A DNA stretch of 63,097 bases, the filler included, from Octopus bimaculoides (Eukaryota): the NCBI RefSeq assembly GCF_001194135.2. It is 4 parts of 4 records of this genome, joined end to end, with 100 filler letters (N's around TTAATTAATTAA, not from the genome) between each part and the next. Parts side by side here need not be neighbours in the genome. Positions count along the whole stretch, not along the records: positions 1 to 26,843 come from NC_068989.1; positions 26,944 to 44,835 come from NC_068990.1; 2 more parts are not named here. The stretch is one strand, 5' to 3'. This document shows positions 14,388 through 29,270 of the stretch, piece by piece (position 1 is the stretch's first letter; each line of letters begins with the position of its first letter). The notes below the pieces were generated by a model, which saw only the letters and a program-made list of their open reading frames with translations, ran no database searches and was not told where the DNA came from. Position numbers and translations under genes: made by a program.

Positions 14388-16061
14388 CTGAAATTATAGC
14401 CACACTCTTAGTCATTAATTGCGGGTTTTCAGTTCAGTTGGCATTTCAAATGTTACCTTCCGTAATTTAAGAATAGATAAATGATTGCTTGTGATCATCT
14501 ATTATATTTCTTACACTGTTTGAATAAATGATCACATACATCTATTCCGGTACCAACTATCATAAATATTTCCACCTACTTAAGAGTGTATTTTTTGTGT
14601 ATGCGGTATTCTTTGGAGACAGTAGAATCGGTGTTCTTTTTATATTAAATCAATTACTGCTGCTTCAATACTGGCAGTCATCGCTCGTCAGGATATATCA
14701 TTTTTTAACGTTAGAATAGAGAATCATATTAAAGTATTCTTAATCATTGGGATGATAAATGAGAAGCAATAGAGCGGAAGATTTTAAATACTTGGGACAT
14801 TAAACTGCTAAGTAGGATCAAACATTCAGTGACAGACAATAATCTTACGTGATGATAAATAATATTGTTTAATTTCTCATTAGGGATTATAAGAGACAGT
14901 TATATCCTGCAGCTGAGATTGCAATTGAATACCATGCTCTCAATCTACATGAAATTCTGAATCGATATTTTTCACCCTATGAGATATATTTGGGAAATCT
15001 GATGCCATTGCTGTGTCTGTTGTTGCACGTAATCTGTATTGTTGAGTAGTAAACTTTTAAAGTCTTATGCATCTGCAAATCAGTTTTCTCAATTGCATGA
15101 AGTCAAAATAACAATTTGTACAAGTTACGAAAATTGTTGCAATCAGTCGACTTATTTCCTGATTCTTCAAAAAAATGAATACTTCCAAGCGAATAAAATA
15201 TTTATTGTTGCCTGTGTCCAGAATATATTTAATGAACGGTGTTCAGAGCGTAATAAAATTGTTTTCCTTTATGAGGTTGTATATCAACGAGTACATGATT
15301 TTGGAGTTTGAATGAAATTGCTTGACTTTGAGTGGCAGTCTGAGCGGCGTCATATAGACTACCAAATTTGGTGAACTAGATGTTTACATGAATGTCGGAT
15401 AATCGAGAAATGGTTCAGTATTATATCGAGGACTTATAACCTCTAATATTCATTACAAAGCCAGACATATACTAATAAAATCACCCGAAGTTATTCAAAT
15501 TAAATACAAATGAATTGTCAATAATTGCAGTTGAATCTATGTAATATATGTTCAAATTACTATCTTTTTTCTAAAAATAGTATATTTATTCAAGAATATA
15601 ACATTCATACTATATACGTATCGTCTCGTCTGCATTTAACAACTCCTGAAATAATTTGTAGTATATTTGCATATTTCCTCGGGGTAAAGGTTACATCAAG
15701 TCCTACGATTCATGCAGTGATTGCTATATAATCGCATCGTTATGTTCTGTCTAACGAGATTCCAGCATTGATCTTTTGAATATTCAACTTACATATTCTG
15801 AATGTTCTACTTAAATTGTTCTACGTACCTACTCACCCTTAGGGGATAATCAAATAAATAAAGCCTTTTTTTCTGTAAAAGTATATTCAAATGATGTGGT
15901 TTAAAGTTAGAAGTAAAAGTCTTTTATAAGAGTATTACAATGTATGTAGAGAATTACGGACGTTTAACCTGATAATCACACTACGTATCCCCGTAAGTCT
16001 TCTTTACGGTATGAGACGACATATACCTTTATTATCTATGCTGTATCGCTTTTTCAACAAC

Positions 16062-16102
<41 letters not shown>

Positions 16103-18001
16103 CTGTGTGTGGCTGTGTGTATGTGTGTATGTGTGTGTGTGCGTGTATGTGCGTGCACAACTGCATGTATGTGTGTGAGCAAGAAAAAAGAAACATTAAA
16201 ACTAAATATGCAGCAAGAAGGATACATTTGAACAGAAAATGTTTATAATCGCATCTCTGATTATCACGTTGCCGAAATTCAGATGACTTTGAAAATAGGA
16301 ATATAAAATTTAGCAAACAATAGGCATAAGTAGGAATATTTTTGAGTGACATAATACCTTGTAGTTGGATACTATGAAATGACTGCCACTTATTAGGAAA
16401 TGATATATTAGTTATCTTCTTCATAAAAGAAAGAACGATTATTATTTAGATGGATTTAATTAATCAATTGTAGAAAATAATATACAATAGCCCTTTTACT
16501 AGTACAGGTGAGAAGTTGCATATACGTAATTTGATGCGGATAAACGAAACCAAAGAGAGTATAGATACACACACACACACGCATATATATATATATANNN
16601 NNNNNNNNNNNNNNNNNNNNNNNNNNNNNNNNNNNNNNNNNNNNNNNNNNNNNNNNNNNNNNNNNNNNNNNNNNNNNNNNNNNNNNNNNNNNNNNNNNNN
16701 NNNNNNNNNNNNNNNNNNNNNNNNNNNNNNNNNNNNNNNNNNNNNNNNNNNNNNNNNNNNNNNNNNNNNNNNNNNNNNNNNNNNNNNNNNNNNNNNNNNN
16801 NNNNNNNNNNNNNNNNNNNNNNNNNNNNNNNNNNNNNNNNNNNNNNNNNNNNNNNNNNNNNNNNNNNNNNNNNNNNNNNNNNNNNNNNNNNNNNNNNNNN
16901 NNNNNNNNNNNNNNNNNNNNNNNNNNNNNNNNNNNNNNNNNNNNNNNNNNNNNNNNNNNNNNNNNNNNNNNNNNNNNNNNNNNNNNNNNNNNNNNNNNNN
17001 NNNNNNNNNNNNNNNNNNNNNNNNNNNNNNNNNNNNNNNNNNNNNNNNNNNNNNNNNNNNNNNNNNNNNNNNNNNNNNNNNNNNNNNNNNNNNNNNNNNN
17101 NNNNNNNNNNNNNNNNNNNNNNNNNNNNNNNNNNNNNNNNNNNNNNNNNNNNNNNNNNNNNNNNNNNNNNNNNNNNNNNNNNNNNNNNNNNNNNNNNNNN
17201 NNNNNNNNNNNNNNNNNNNNNNNNNNNNNNNNNNNNNNNNNNNNNNNNNNNNNNNNNNNNNNNNNNNNNNNNNNNNNNNNNNNNNNNNNNNNNNNNNNNN
17301 NNNNNNNNNNNNNNNNNNNNNNNNNNNNNNNNNNNNNNNNNNNNNNNNNNNNNNNNNNNNNATATATATATCCGTTGGCTATTTGATTTATAGTCAATTG
17401 ACTGTCATCCATTCGTTTCATCGATAGTGGGACTTCCAGGAGGTTCAAACCTAGCGTCATCTTAAACACTCTCATTTTCCCTCCTAAATTCAACTGTCCA
17501 CATTTTCACTATTAATAAAGCTAGATCATCCTCTCATGTAGCAAACTCGTCAGCATGAATTCCTTGGGGACTAAATCATTTTTTGCCGGTAATTGATAAC
17601 ACCACGATGCCAAATTTTGTCAAATTTTAAGGGATGTAACAATTAATTACTTTTCATGTATTTAAACAGTCAATTGTCAGTTTACCTGGAAAGAAAGAAC
17701 GCAATTATTAATAAGAAAACAAGAAATCAATGCATGCAGGAGTCTACCCCTCTAACACCACTCCTTTATAATCAGCCTTTGAATTTTTCAGCCCGCTCTC
17801 GTATTTAAGAAAATCTGTCGCCATTAATTATGTGAGCCTAAAGGATTTAAACTCTCTGTACTTAATTGCATACTGGTATATATGTGTGTGTGTCTGTGTG
17901 TATGTGTGTGTGTGTGTGTGTGTGTGCGTGCATGTGTGTGTACCTGTGTGTGTGTGTCTGTGCACGTACCTACATATATGCATACACATATGTGCATACA
18001 T

Positions 18002-18044
<43 letters not shown>

Positions 18045-18053
18045 GACACACAT

Positions 18054-18097
<44 letters not shown>

Positions 18098-21000
18098 ATA
18101 TACAGGCATCAATCCTTGTGTGTCGTATTCCTATCGCTAATACTAATGATAGGAATCGCCATATTGTGTTGCTTAGTTAAANNNNNNNNNNNNNNNNNNN
18201 NNNNNNNNNNNNNNNNNNNNNNNNNNNNNNNNNNNNNNNNNNNNNNNNNNNNNNNNNNNNNNNNNNNNNNNNNNNNNNNNNNNNNNNNNNNNNNNNNNNN
18301 NNNNNNNNNNNNNNNNNNNNNNNNNNNNNNNNNNNNNNNNNNNNNNNNNNNNNNNNNNNNNNNNNNNNNNNNNNNNNNNNNNNNNNNNNNNNNNNNNATA
18401 TATATACACACACATATATATATAAATATATACATATATATACACATATATATATATAAATATATACATATATATACACATATATATATAAATATATACA
18501 CACCGAACACACTCACACACACACACATTTATATAATATGAGTATGTACATACACAACCGTGTCTGCACATACAGATATTGTGAGAGAGTTATGTACATA
18601 CAGTGATATATATTTGAAGATGAGTTACTTTAGCGATAACCTACTGTAACTACTATTGGAAACATATATGACAGCTAAGAGGATAGTTTCGAATGTTATC
18701 TTCCATATATTACATGCTTCTGTCTCAGTCTGTCGTCTCCTCACTTTTAGTATAATTTATGTATCTAAGTAAGATTTCATATCGGAAGTATAATATATGT
18801 ATGTTGTACAATATGTACGCTTTATTTTTTTCCAACTAGACAGCTCTACTCTCTTGTAGAAATGGGATTTAGCGATATGAATCACGTTTAAGGCTATTAT
18901 TGATTAAAATTGAATGACTTTACCAAGAAATGAAATACAAATACATAGTGTTTTGCGAATATAGTTACGACATATCTATTACTGTGTATGGGGGCATATA
19001 TTTGTATATTCAGTTGAACACTAAATATAGTGTGGTGCTTACCTTGCTTATGTTCTCAAATTTTTCATATACATCCATAAGTAGAAAATCAAATATGCAT
19101 GAACTTCTGCTATGCCAAAACCTTGATTAATTCTTCATCAAATATTGAAGGCAACTAAATATAAACCTCTGTACAGTCAGAGGCGCAATCAATCTTTCGA
19201 TGAAGCTAAAGAGTGCTGGCTGAAAAGTGTTCACTTCCATGATATCATAGCCCTGTTTTTACGTTGAATTCTCTTTTATCTAACCTTCTTCGAGTGCTTA
19301 TACAGTCGCTTGATCATCAAGAAATTGCGTTTTATCTCAAATACATGAAACTGTGTTAAATCTTGTTTTGGTATATGGTTATCATCACCCTGAATTCGTC
19401 TTCCCGCAGAAGTTGAATCACCTTAGTGTTTGTGTCCCCTGTTATTACTATTTGCTCCAATGAATTTACGTTTCATTTCACCTTAGAATACAGAAATATT
19501 TACTGCTATTAGTGTAATGTTATTGAAGTTGGGTAATGGTTAATGGTGCGTTTATATGCCTAACGTTTTATTATTTTTTTCTTATTTGTCAGTTGTTACC
19601 ATCTTATGGATATGTGCACAACATGTTTTTCTACTGAAACGTTCATAAAGTATTATGAATCAGGAAGGGTTTCTCTCCACTTCCTGTAGGTCAAGTGTGT
19701 ATATCTTTGAAATAACGTTAGCTCACTCAAAAGGTTCGCCAAATGATCAATAATGAGCTTTGAGTGTTTGGCTAGCAAATAGTCTGAACGTTACACGAAA
19801 ATTAGTATTCGTGGTAGCTCGATTATGACAATTATTACAATTATTATTTTTTTTATATATATATAGCCTTGCAAAATATAAACATTCGCATATGAAGCCG
19901 AGTTGTAGACAGACTCTGAAGGATGTCTAATTTCTGTGCTAAACTTTAAACATGTATATTATATTTTATGTTCTCAACATTTCTGGGGAGCTCTCTATAG
20001 CAAAGTTAACGAGAAGTTTCGAGCTGACTTCTATTTCTGCTATCGGCAACGTTCACGCAAATATGAGCCAAAAAGGATATTTCCTTGCAGCAGATCAACT
20101 GCTAACAGAACGGCCAATTTACGGTCACCCTACATAAAACTGAAGGACACTTTACATAATATAGTTTTAGATACAATATATTTAATAAAATACTGGATGT
20201 TCGTAGTTGTAAAAGGCTGTAATTCTTTTTATTGTAGATCAGCTTGACTTGGACTAAACAACAACGACGTTTCTAGGAAGTCATTACTTTCATTCAGTTA
20301 TGCACAAACGTTAGTCATATATTTAAACCTATACACTATTAATATTTATGCTTTATTTTGACTTGTTTTATTGAAATTCTAAATGTGCGTTTAATTTATC
20401 AAAAGTTGATGGGCAACATTTGCTGATTGATCATAAAGTTTATAAATTGATTTACGTTTTGTAGTCTGTCTTTCTGCGTGTGACATTTTGCAGTAATTTC
20501 TGTACATCCTTTACATAAGCATCTATGTAGACTTCCCGTCAATACAGTAAGAGTATTACAAATAATACTCATGACTAAAACAGCAATTTTATAGTATCGA
20601 ACAGCACATTCCTATCTCTCAGCGGCTTGAGAACTGAATTTAATTCCCTCCCATTCATATTTTCATTTTAACCTTCGGTGTTCAATGCATTAAAATAATC
20701 TACCAGCTGTGTAAGAGAATAACTATTGTCTGCAATTCTCAGTCAGATGAATTCTACATACGCACGAATATCAAAATGGAGATGACATCTTCCTCTCCCA
20801 AAAGTGTGTCAGAAAGATAAGACATTTTACAAGATGATCTTGTCGATTGTCAAATAGGTAATCACTAATTTTACAAATCTCTGCCGCAGCCAATTTTTTA
20901 ATATAACAACATCATTTCTAGCAGGTTTTGCAATTTCAGAAAAGTTCTATACATACAATCGTAATGTGCTGCTAAATTCCCTGTAGACCAACAACGTAAC

Positions 21001-23204
21001 CACTATGAGGATGTTTCACCGCTAGCCGAAATTAGCATCCATATTTATATCACGTTTCCATCAACTGTCTGCAGTATGAACACATGGGATAATATAATGT
21101 GGAGTAAAGAAAGCGTGCAAAAAAGATGGAATAATCATGACTTAATGTTTTTGGTAATATGGTTAATAAATACAAAAACAGTAATTTATTTCATGTTTAT
21201 ATCACAAAATAAGATTCGTAAGACCAATTCTACCAAACCGTGTTCGCTTTCTTTCTCAATAGGAATCTATTCCAATCTATGGAAACTCACAACGGGCTTG
21301 CCAAATCCCAAGTTGTCCAAACACTTTGATCTCTACAATTATCACTGTATCATCATTAATTCAACATCTGAATGAAATATTCCTAAATATTAGAAGCTTT
21401 TATCAGATTTTCAACACTTAATGCATACTTCTGAAATTAAGAGTTATTGTCATATTCTCAACATTTAACGCCCACTTCTGACATTTCCTTCCTAACCATC
21501 TATAGATTCTACGAGCCTACCAATGACATCAGATTTTGGATGATTTGGCTGACATTAGATGATTTAATTAATAAAAACAAATTAAAATTGTTTATCTTTT
21601 GCAGACAAAAAAAGAGAAAATTATTCCCGGTAAAAAATTAACATGATGACATTTTCTCTATTTAACAAATATTACTTTATATATTTAATGAAGTTTCTAT
21701 GCATGGCCTGGCTCTGACATCTATGAATTTGTGTGTAAATGTGTATTTGTGTATGCGTGTGTATGTGTTTATGTATGTGTGTGTTATATCTGTGTACATA
21801 TATGTATGTGTGTGCTACATCTGTGTACATATATGAATGTATGTTCTATATATGTGTACATATATGAATGTGTGTGTTTGGATGAGTGAAAATCCTAATA
21901 ACGAAATTCACGAAACAATTAACTACACAATAAGACTTGAGTGTTTCTAATGTAGAAGGAGGGTAGAAATAGCTCTGAGAGAAGGGTTTGTTAAAAGAGG
22001 TCAAAAATAATAAATTCAGTGATCTATTAACTCGTCGACACATCGAACAGACTGATGAAATTAAATCTCCACAACTGATACAAGAAGTATTATTTTGGGA
22101 AAAGAAAAATTATATTAAATATTAATAAAAAAAGAAAGAAATAGTCTTTATTAAATTTCTTATTTGTGAGAAACTGGAAACAAAATTGGCACTATTTTGC
22201 GAAATGCGCTAGTCAATTAGGTGACAATACTTCCAGAAATATTTACAACTAAAGTAACTGATAAATAAAGAATTACTTTAGATTAATTTAATGTCTATTT
22301 TTATCTAACGGAGACACTCTGTTACGCTTTATAATTCGTTTAGATACGTTGGAAATTCATTGTTCATTCACTATGTGGGAGACGTTCATAAGCTAATGAA
22401 AATTTAACTGGTGCGAAAAGTACAAACCAGCTGTTGTCTATGATAAGAATTGGAGTTGTCGACTTTTAATAACTCTTCAGCATCAAACACTTCGGTGAAT
22501 TTGCAGCGAATAAGTGTATCATGGTTAACATTAGAGTAAATCGAATATATTTGTTGATGTTTTGTAGCGGAATAAAAAGAAAAAAAACATTATTAAAATT
22601 GCAGGAAAAAAAAAGACCAACAGAAACATAAGATATAAAGATGGGCGCAGAAGTTTTCGAAGTTGATGTTATGTAAAAACCTAAAGTTAATTAGTTTCTC
22701 TTTTTATTACATTGCTTCCTATATCACGGAATGTCTGATATTTAACCGCAGCATTATAAAAGATTAGAAAGCAATTAGTATGATACTTAGAGTTAAACCA
22801 ACAAATAAACAAACTTGAACAATACTACGAAGAATATAAACTTTGGGTATATGTTCAATAAGTGTGCCTCTGTGTTTGTATATAATTCTATGTGTATAAC
22901 TCAGCATGGTGATCAGCATGTTTGATATTTCCACTGCAACCAAACAGAATATGTAACAGATAACAGTTCAGTTCTATAGCAGAGAACACGATATCTAATA
23001 CAGAGAGGTACGTAGGAGCAAATATAACGAAGTGTAACATTGAGTGGAGTGAAAAACAGGTAGCGGATTTGGAAGTAGTGAGTGCGTTGTTACTACTCAT
23101 AGACTGAGGGTGTGTACATTTTACTTTTTTCAAACACTCACACTCTTATCACACGACGGCAATAAAAAATAATTCTTTGATTTTTGGACAGTTTAGGAGT
23201 TGAA

Positions 23205-23725
23205 ACGAAAATGAAGTAGCGTCCATTGCGTTACCTTTTTAGTGACAAATTCTGCAAACTTTCAATGTGGTCTGGTCAGCGATCACTAATCCACATCTCC
23301 TATCTAGTATTCTGTGGCTTACTTATGTTCGGTTTAGTGAAGGTATGTGTTCGGGGAGAATGATTTGTTGATTGAGAGAGATGAAGTAAAGAAGATTGAG
23401 AAGAAGTGAGTTCAACAATGCACACTTAAAATGAAGTTTCAAGAGTTACACTCAACGAGGCATTTCCGCCATCGTTGAGTGTAACTCTCGAAACCTCGTT
23501 AAAAATATGAAAGTGTTCATTGTTGAACTCACTTTTTCTCAATTCCTTTTACTTCGACTTTCTCTGTCACCAAAGACATTCCTCCCCACCCCGAAGACAC
23601 TACTTCATTAAACCGAACAAGAGCATGTCACAGCATACTAGATCCGATATATAGACTGGTGACCACTGACCAGCACAAATTTAAAGTTTGCAAACTTTGG
23701 TACTAAAATAGTGAGTGGTTGCGCA
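23205..23725. repeat. Long degenerate inverted repeat (foldback/MITE-like hairpin) centred at ~23465
   Basis: TTTCAAGAGTTACACTCAACGA (23437-58) pairs with TCGTTGAGTGTAACTCTCGAAA (23472-93). Further paired blocks extend out to TGCAAACTTT (23253) / AAAGTTTGCA (23683). Confidence 0.88.
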
Positions 23726-23754
23726 TTTTCATGGAAAATGTGAGCCGTTTTTAT

Positions 23755-24140
23755 ATGCTTGTTCGGCCACTTACGCCGAATGGCTCAAGTAAGGTTTTTT
23801 AACTTATCAAAGCACCGCCCGCAGAAATTTCAAAATGAATGCTGTTCTTGTCATCCCAAATCAGTAATCATTGTTTTCTGTGCTAGTCGCTGTTTCTTAG
23901 GATTCTGGCGTATTGGAGAAGAGACAAATTTCTCTGACAAATTTCCGGTTTATAAATGTAGACCTACTTTTCATTGCCTAATCAGCTCGACAAAAACGTG
24001 GGTTCATTGACTTGAAATGCATCCAGAGGATCGTAGCACATTGTGACATCCAATGTGCTTTCCGTTAGTGCTACTTATTCACCATCTGTAATGCACCGCG
24101 ATCACAGTCAAGAGGTTCAGAAACCTCATGGATTTTAAGT
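23755..24140 (-). mobile_element. Highly decayed mariner transposase fragment
   Basis: With frameshifts: RKAHWMSQ (cf. RKVCARWVP), TPES* (cf. TPESK), KTMIT..WDDKNSIHFE (cf. KVM.TVFWD..GIIHFE), AIRRKWP (cf. AIRRKRP). Confidence 0.6.
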
Positions 24141-25328
24141 CGTCGTCAACGGGCGCGAATTAGTTTCTCTACTCACTAGCAGTTCATATGAGTTGTTTAT
24201 GCTATTCCACTTCTTGCTTATTCTTGAATATCGATACTTTTATTTTCAAATATTGTTTTCATACATTAAGTGCGTTGCTCTGGATACTTATGCCATCCCC
24301 GTAAAAAATATGGAATCTTCTGTGAATGCGAGAGAGCTATCACCTCCTATATATGGCATGAAGTTTTTCATAGGACGTTGCTTCTGTCTGCAATTCATAA
24401 TTGCCCAGCCATGAAGAACAATCAAGTGGATAACTACTATAGAGTACTGTTCAGCCCTCGTATTTATCAAGCCCTTAACACCGAAAGCTGTTATAAGTCT
24501 GAAAAAAAATACTTGTCGAAACATCTAGCATTCATGAAAGATCTGAGAAATGTCTTGGTTAAAGGCAATCGGTGCTCTACATATTTTATCGTATTGAAAA
24601 ACTGCTTGTAACACATATCCCATATCTGGTTACAGCATGATTGAAAAAAAAACAGTACAATTGAATAGCCTTATGTAGTAATCTTTGGTTCTTCAATCTA
24701 CTTACTAGAAGCAACGCAAAATTCTCACTTAATACACATTCTACACAGATTAAATAAAAAAAATATTTGATGATACACTCTGGAAAAGAAAACTGACGAT
24801 CGTGGAGGAAAGGATTCTCATTATCGGTTTCGTCAATCCTCGTTGAACACAGGTTAAATAACAATAAAGTGAACGGTTGGCTTTCATAGTTCACGATAAC
24901 GAAAGACATAAATCTACGGTGAGCATACAAACACAGTCGGTCGTCAGAACAGAGAATGCAATATCGATAATTAATTCAAAAGTAGCATAAGGCTGATGTT
25001 TCATTATTTTATTCAGTAGCCTAACAAAACTATCTATGTTATTCATCGCGTGCATACTGAACAGGAAAAGAATTTATAATGCTCTCTTGCAAGCCCAAAA
25101 TAAAATCCAACAATATTTTTTTAACTACGAAATATTTTTAGTCAATTTTGGTTAAATTCTTTCAATTTTAAGTGTCTTTATCAATAAGAAAACCGTAATA
25201 CTACGAATAAGACTTTATTTGGTGAGCAAGCGTGTCAGTTAACAGAATTTATGCACTGTGTGGGTATATATATATATGTGTGTGTTTGTTTATATATGTA
25301 TGTATATACACATATGCATATATATTTG

Positions 25329-25398
<70 letters not shown>

Positions 25399-26843
25399 GT
25401 GTGTGTGTATGAATTATTTATGTTATTAGAAATTTCTTCATAACAATTAAGGTAATTGCGTCATAATTCCTAAGTTCTAGTATTAACCTCTCTCTTATGA
25501 CCAACTGCTAGTTCACAGTCATATTCTTTCATGTTAATCCATTATATATGTTATATTCATTACGTTAAATAGCTGACTCCTGTTTGAGGAGGCATCATTT
25601 GTATAAGAAATATTTATTGCCTGCTTAAATGAGAATAATATATATATATTTTAACCTAGTTTTCCAGTCGTTTTTTTCAAACTAATTTTTGTTTAAACAA
25701 AGATTGACAAAACTAAATTACAAATAGTTTAGCTCCTCCCATACGTGAACTTGTGGAATCGTTTTACCCTGTGTCACTAATTCCCCCCAAATAGTCGATG
25801 GGTTTGTTATGCTATACTCTTTCTATCACTAGTGCAGTACTTCAATTTTTCAGTGGTGATAATAAGGTACCTGGCTGTAAGTTTAAATAAACCAATACTA
25901 TCGTTGTGAGTGTGATAGTTTCCTGTCATTTTGGACATCTTTAATTATGTAATTGATGGCTTCAATAAGCGGTGAGGAAATTAATGATATTTCGACTTGG
26001 CAAAGCACCAAAACATACTTATAGTTTGTTTACGACGTCTACAAGTTATTTCCATTAAAATTATATAAACATAATACACCTTGTCTAAAAGTAATTACTG
26101 GGTTTCTCTTCCGGGAAATTCTAGTACGATGTTGAATTCTAATTCATTGTACTTTCATTTTCGCCATTATCTCACGTACAGGTTACAAAAACGAAATAAA
26201 ACGTATGTTAAAACTTCATAAAGCGTAAACACTTTCTAATGACACTACAATGTATTTCGAATAATTTTAATAAGTTTCTTCATTAAATCTTCAAATGAGG
26301 TGTTTTTGATTAAGCGTTATGTACTTATAGACTGACAATCAAAGGAGTAAACAAAACAGTTTGTGAAGAATTAAGCCGAAAATCATTAAGAGATCACATT
26401 CATCAAATGAGAGATCAATATTGAACTATTTTAAAAATTATGTTTGACTTTATGAATTATGACGTGATTTATGTATAAGGCTAGTATAATCAGGTAAAAT
26501 ATAAGTGTCAACAGTTTTTGGAAATAATTTCTATTAAAATTCTTGTTAACACTTAAATTCAATTTCAATATTTTCCTAAATTGTAACAGATAACTGTTTT
26601 CTCAAATATTTAATACTCACTTAAGATAAAACTACTGCTCCATAAAAATAATGCTTGCACGGCAAATACTATTCGGGAAGAATCCATTGAAACAATTTTC
26701 TAAATATTATATGTACATGTGCGTATGAGTGTTACTGTGCGTTCGTGTGTTTGTGTGTGTGTGTGTTATCTATATGCTTATATACGTGTCTGTATTTCTA
26801 TATGTATGTGTGTGCCTATATATATATGCATATATATATATAT

Positions 26844-26943
26844 NNNNNNNNNNNNNNNNNNNNNNNNNNNNNNNNNNNNNNNNNNNNTTAATTAATTAAN
26901 NNNNNNNNNNNNNNNNNNNNNNNNNNNNNNNNNNNNNNNNNNN
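26844..26943. other. Artificial scaffold linker 44N-TTAATTAATTAA-44N
   Basis: Identical 100-nt construct at 44836-44935 and 58570-58669; the 12-mer puts a stop codon in all six frames. Confidence 0.95.
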
Positions 26944-26982
<39 letters not shown>

Positions 26983-28345
26983 TCCATATGTACATGATGT
27001 ATATGTATTTGCATATGTTACTACTCATATTGATATTTAGATACAATTACTTCACATATTTACTCAAACCTTTCACTCACTATTTCACTTCTTTAATATC
27101 ATGTAAATTGAAGTCCTTTTTATTTAGCTCACTAACAACAGACCAACCATCTATATTTTATTTATAAATGCACTCATTCTGTCAGTTGTAATTTCATTAT
27201 GGGAATATGTAGACAGTGGTAAATGCAAAACGCTGAGTCTAACAGAGAGATAGCTTGGCTCTACAATAAAGGTGTATGCGTATGGATGTATACCATTGTC
27301 ATCATCGTTGTTGTCGTCTTTGTCATCATTATTGTCGTTGTTGTCGTTGTTGTTGTTGTCATCATCATTGTCATCCTTGTTCTCACTGTCACTGTTGCCA
27401 CCGCTGCCTCTGCCCCTCCACCACCACCACCACCACCACCACCACCANNNNNNNNNNNNNNNNNNNNNNNNNNNNNNNNNNNNNNNNNNNNNNNNNNNNN
27501 NNNNNNNNNNNNNNNNNNNNNNNNNNNNNNNNNNNNNNNNNNNNNNNNNNNNNNNNNNNNNNNNNNNNNNNNNNNNNNNNNNNNNNNNNNNNNNNNNNNN
27601 NNNNNNNNNNNNNNNNNNNNNNNNNNNNNNNNNNNNNNNNNNNNNNNNNNNNNNNNNNNNNNNNNNNNNNNNNNNNNNNNNNNNNNNNNNNNNNNNNNNN
27701 NNNNNNNNNNNNNNNNNNNNNNNNNNNNNNNNNNNNNNNNNNNNNNNNNNNNNNNNNNNNNNNNNNNNNNNNNNNNNNNNNNNNNNNNNNNNNNNNNNNN
27801 NNNNNNNNNNNNNNNNNNNNNNNNNNNNNNNNNNNNNNNNNNNNNNNNNNNNNNNNNNNNNNNNNNNNNNNNNNNNNNNNNNNNNNNNNNNNNNNNNNNN
27901 NNNNNNNNNNNNNNNNNNNNNNNNNNNNNNNNNNNNNNNNNNNNNNNNNNNNNNNNNNNNNNNNNNNNNNNNNNNNNNNNNNNNNNNNNNNNNNNNNNNN
28001 NNNNNNNNNNNNNNNNNNNNNNNNNNNNNNNNNNNNNNNNNNNNNNNNNNNNNNNNNNNNNNNNNNNNNNNNNNNNNNNNNNNNNNNNNNNNNNNNNNNN
28101 NNNNNNNNNNNNNNNNNNNNNNNNNNNNNNNNNNNNNNNNNNNNNNNNNNNNNNNNNNNNNNNNNNNNNNNNNNNNNNNNNNNNNNNNNNNNNNNNNNNN
28201 NNNNNNNNNNNNNNNNNNNNNNNNNNNNNNNNNNNNNNNNNNNNNNNNNNNNNNNNNNNNNNNNNNNNNNNNNNNNNNNNNNNNNNNNNNNNNNNNNNNN
28301 NNNNNNNNNNNNNNNNNNNNNNNNNNNNNNNNNNNNNNNNNNNNN

Positions 28346-28685
28346 AAAATACACCATTTCGAGCATGGCCGTTGCCAGTAAGACATTCGAGTGAGATCGT
28401 TGCCAGTGTTGATGGACTGGCTCCTGTGCAGGTGGCACGTAAAATACACCATTTCAAGCGTGGCCGTTGCCAGTACCGCCTGACTGGCCTTCGTGCCGGT
28501 GGCACATAAAAGCACCCACTACACTTTCGGAGTGGTTGGCGTTAGGAAGGGCATCCAGCTGTAGAAACTCTGCCAAATCAGATTGGAGCCTGGTGTAGCC
28601 ACCTGGTCCACCAGTCCTCAGTCAAATCGTCCAACCCATGCAAGCATGGAAAGCAGACGTTAAACGACGATGATGATGATGATGA
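28346..28685 (+). mobile_element. 3'UTR/tail of RTE-type retroposon with (GAT)n tail
   Basis: GGCGTTAGGAAGGGCATCCAGC...AACCCATGCAAGCATGGAAAGCAGACGTTAAACGA(TGA)n. The same tail is attached to RTE-like coding sequence at 40768-41820. Contains an internal ~95-bp duplication. Confidence 0.82.
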
Positions 28686-28924
28686 TTTAAATATGAAACA
28701 TGAAAATTGTTCAAATTGAAGTCCTTCCTGAGCAATACATTTTTGCTTTCAAGTCAATACAGAATTACAAATAGTAATTATAGAATTTTAATTTTCTGTT
28801 GGATGATTTTTGGCCAACCCTCTGCATATATTCTGGAAACAGCTGTAAGAGACTATCTGCACACCTTCTTACTTACTTCTGTTTTAGGATCTACTCTATT
28901 GTAACAACTCGGTAATTATGTTTC

Positions 28925-29130
28925 ATTATCATCATCATCATCATTTAATGTCTGCTTTCCATACTGGCATGGGTTGGATGGTTTGGTAGGGGCTGGCTAG
29001 GCAGAAGACTGTACCATGCTTTACTGTTTGTTTGGGCATGGTTTTTTATGGTTAGATGCCCTTCCTAACACCAACCACTCTGCAGCATGGAATGAGTGCT
29101 TCTTATGTGACACCAGCACAGGCGAGGTCA
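28925..29130 (-). mobile_element. Older copy of the same RTE-type tail, inverted
   Basis: (CAT)n followed by TTTAATGTCTGCTTTCCATACTGGCATGGGTTGG...GATGCCCTTCCTAACACC. Confidence 0.8.
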
Positions 29131-29270
29131 AATGCCATGATCTAGAGTGGTACCAGTTGTTTGCCTAATCATACCTTCTTTCTACTGTGCATATACCTGC
29201 TCAACAATAAACTACTTATAACCATTCATTGCTAGGCTGCTATAATACCACTGCTACCTTTTGTTTTTAG

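Noticed and set aside
16456-18571. Long ORFs of 100-345 aa in the track
   Set aside because: They consist of N-gaps (X) and (TA)/(CA) microsatellite; the same applies at 27151-28515, 32143-32648, 45913-46690, 51973-53793, 59670-60128 and 62052-62373.
24780-24925. CpG-rich stretch ending in G|GTGAGC as a 5'UTR exon for the 29271 micro-exon
   Set aside because: A scaffold linker at 26844 separates the two, so adjacency is unproven.
26888-26899. TTAATTAATTAA palindrome recurring three times as a possible biological motif
   Set aside because: It is always centred in exactly 44N+44N, so it is an assembly linker with stops in six frames.
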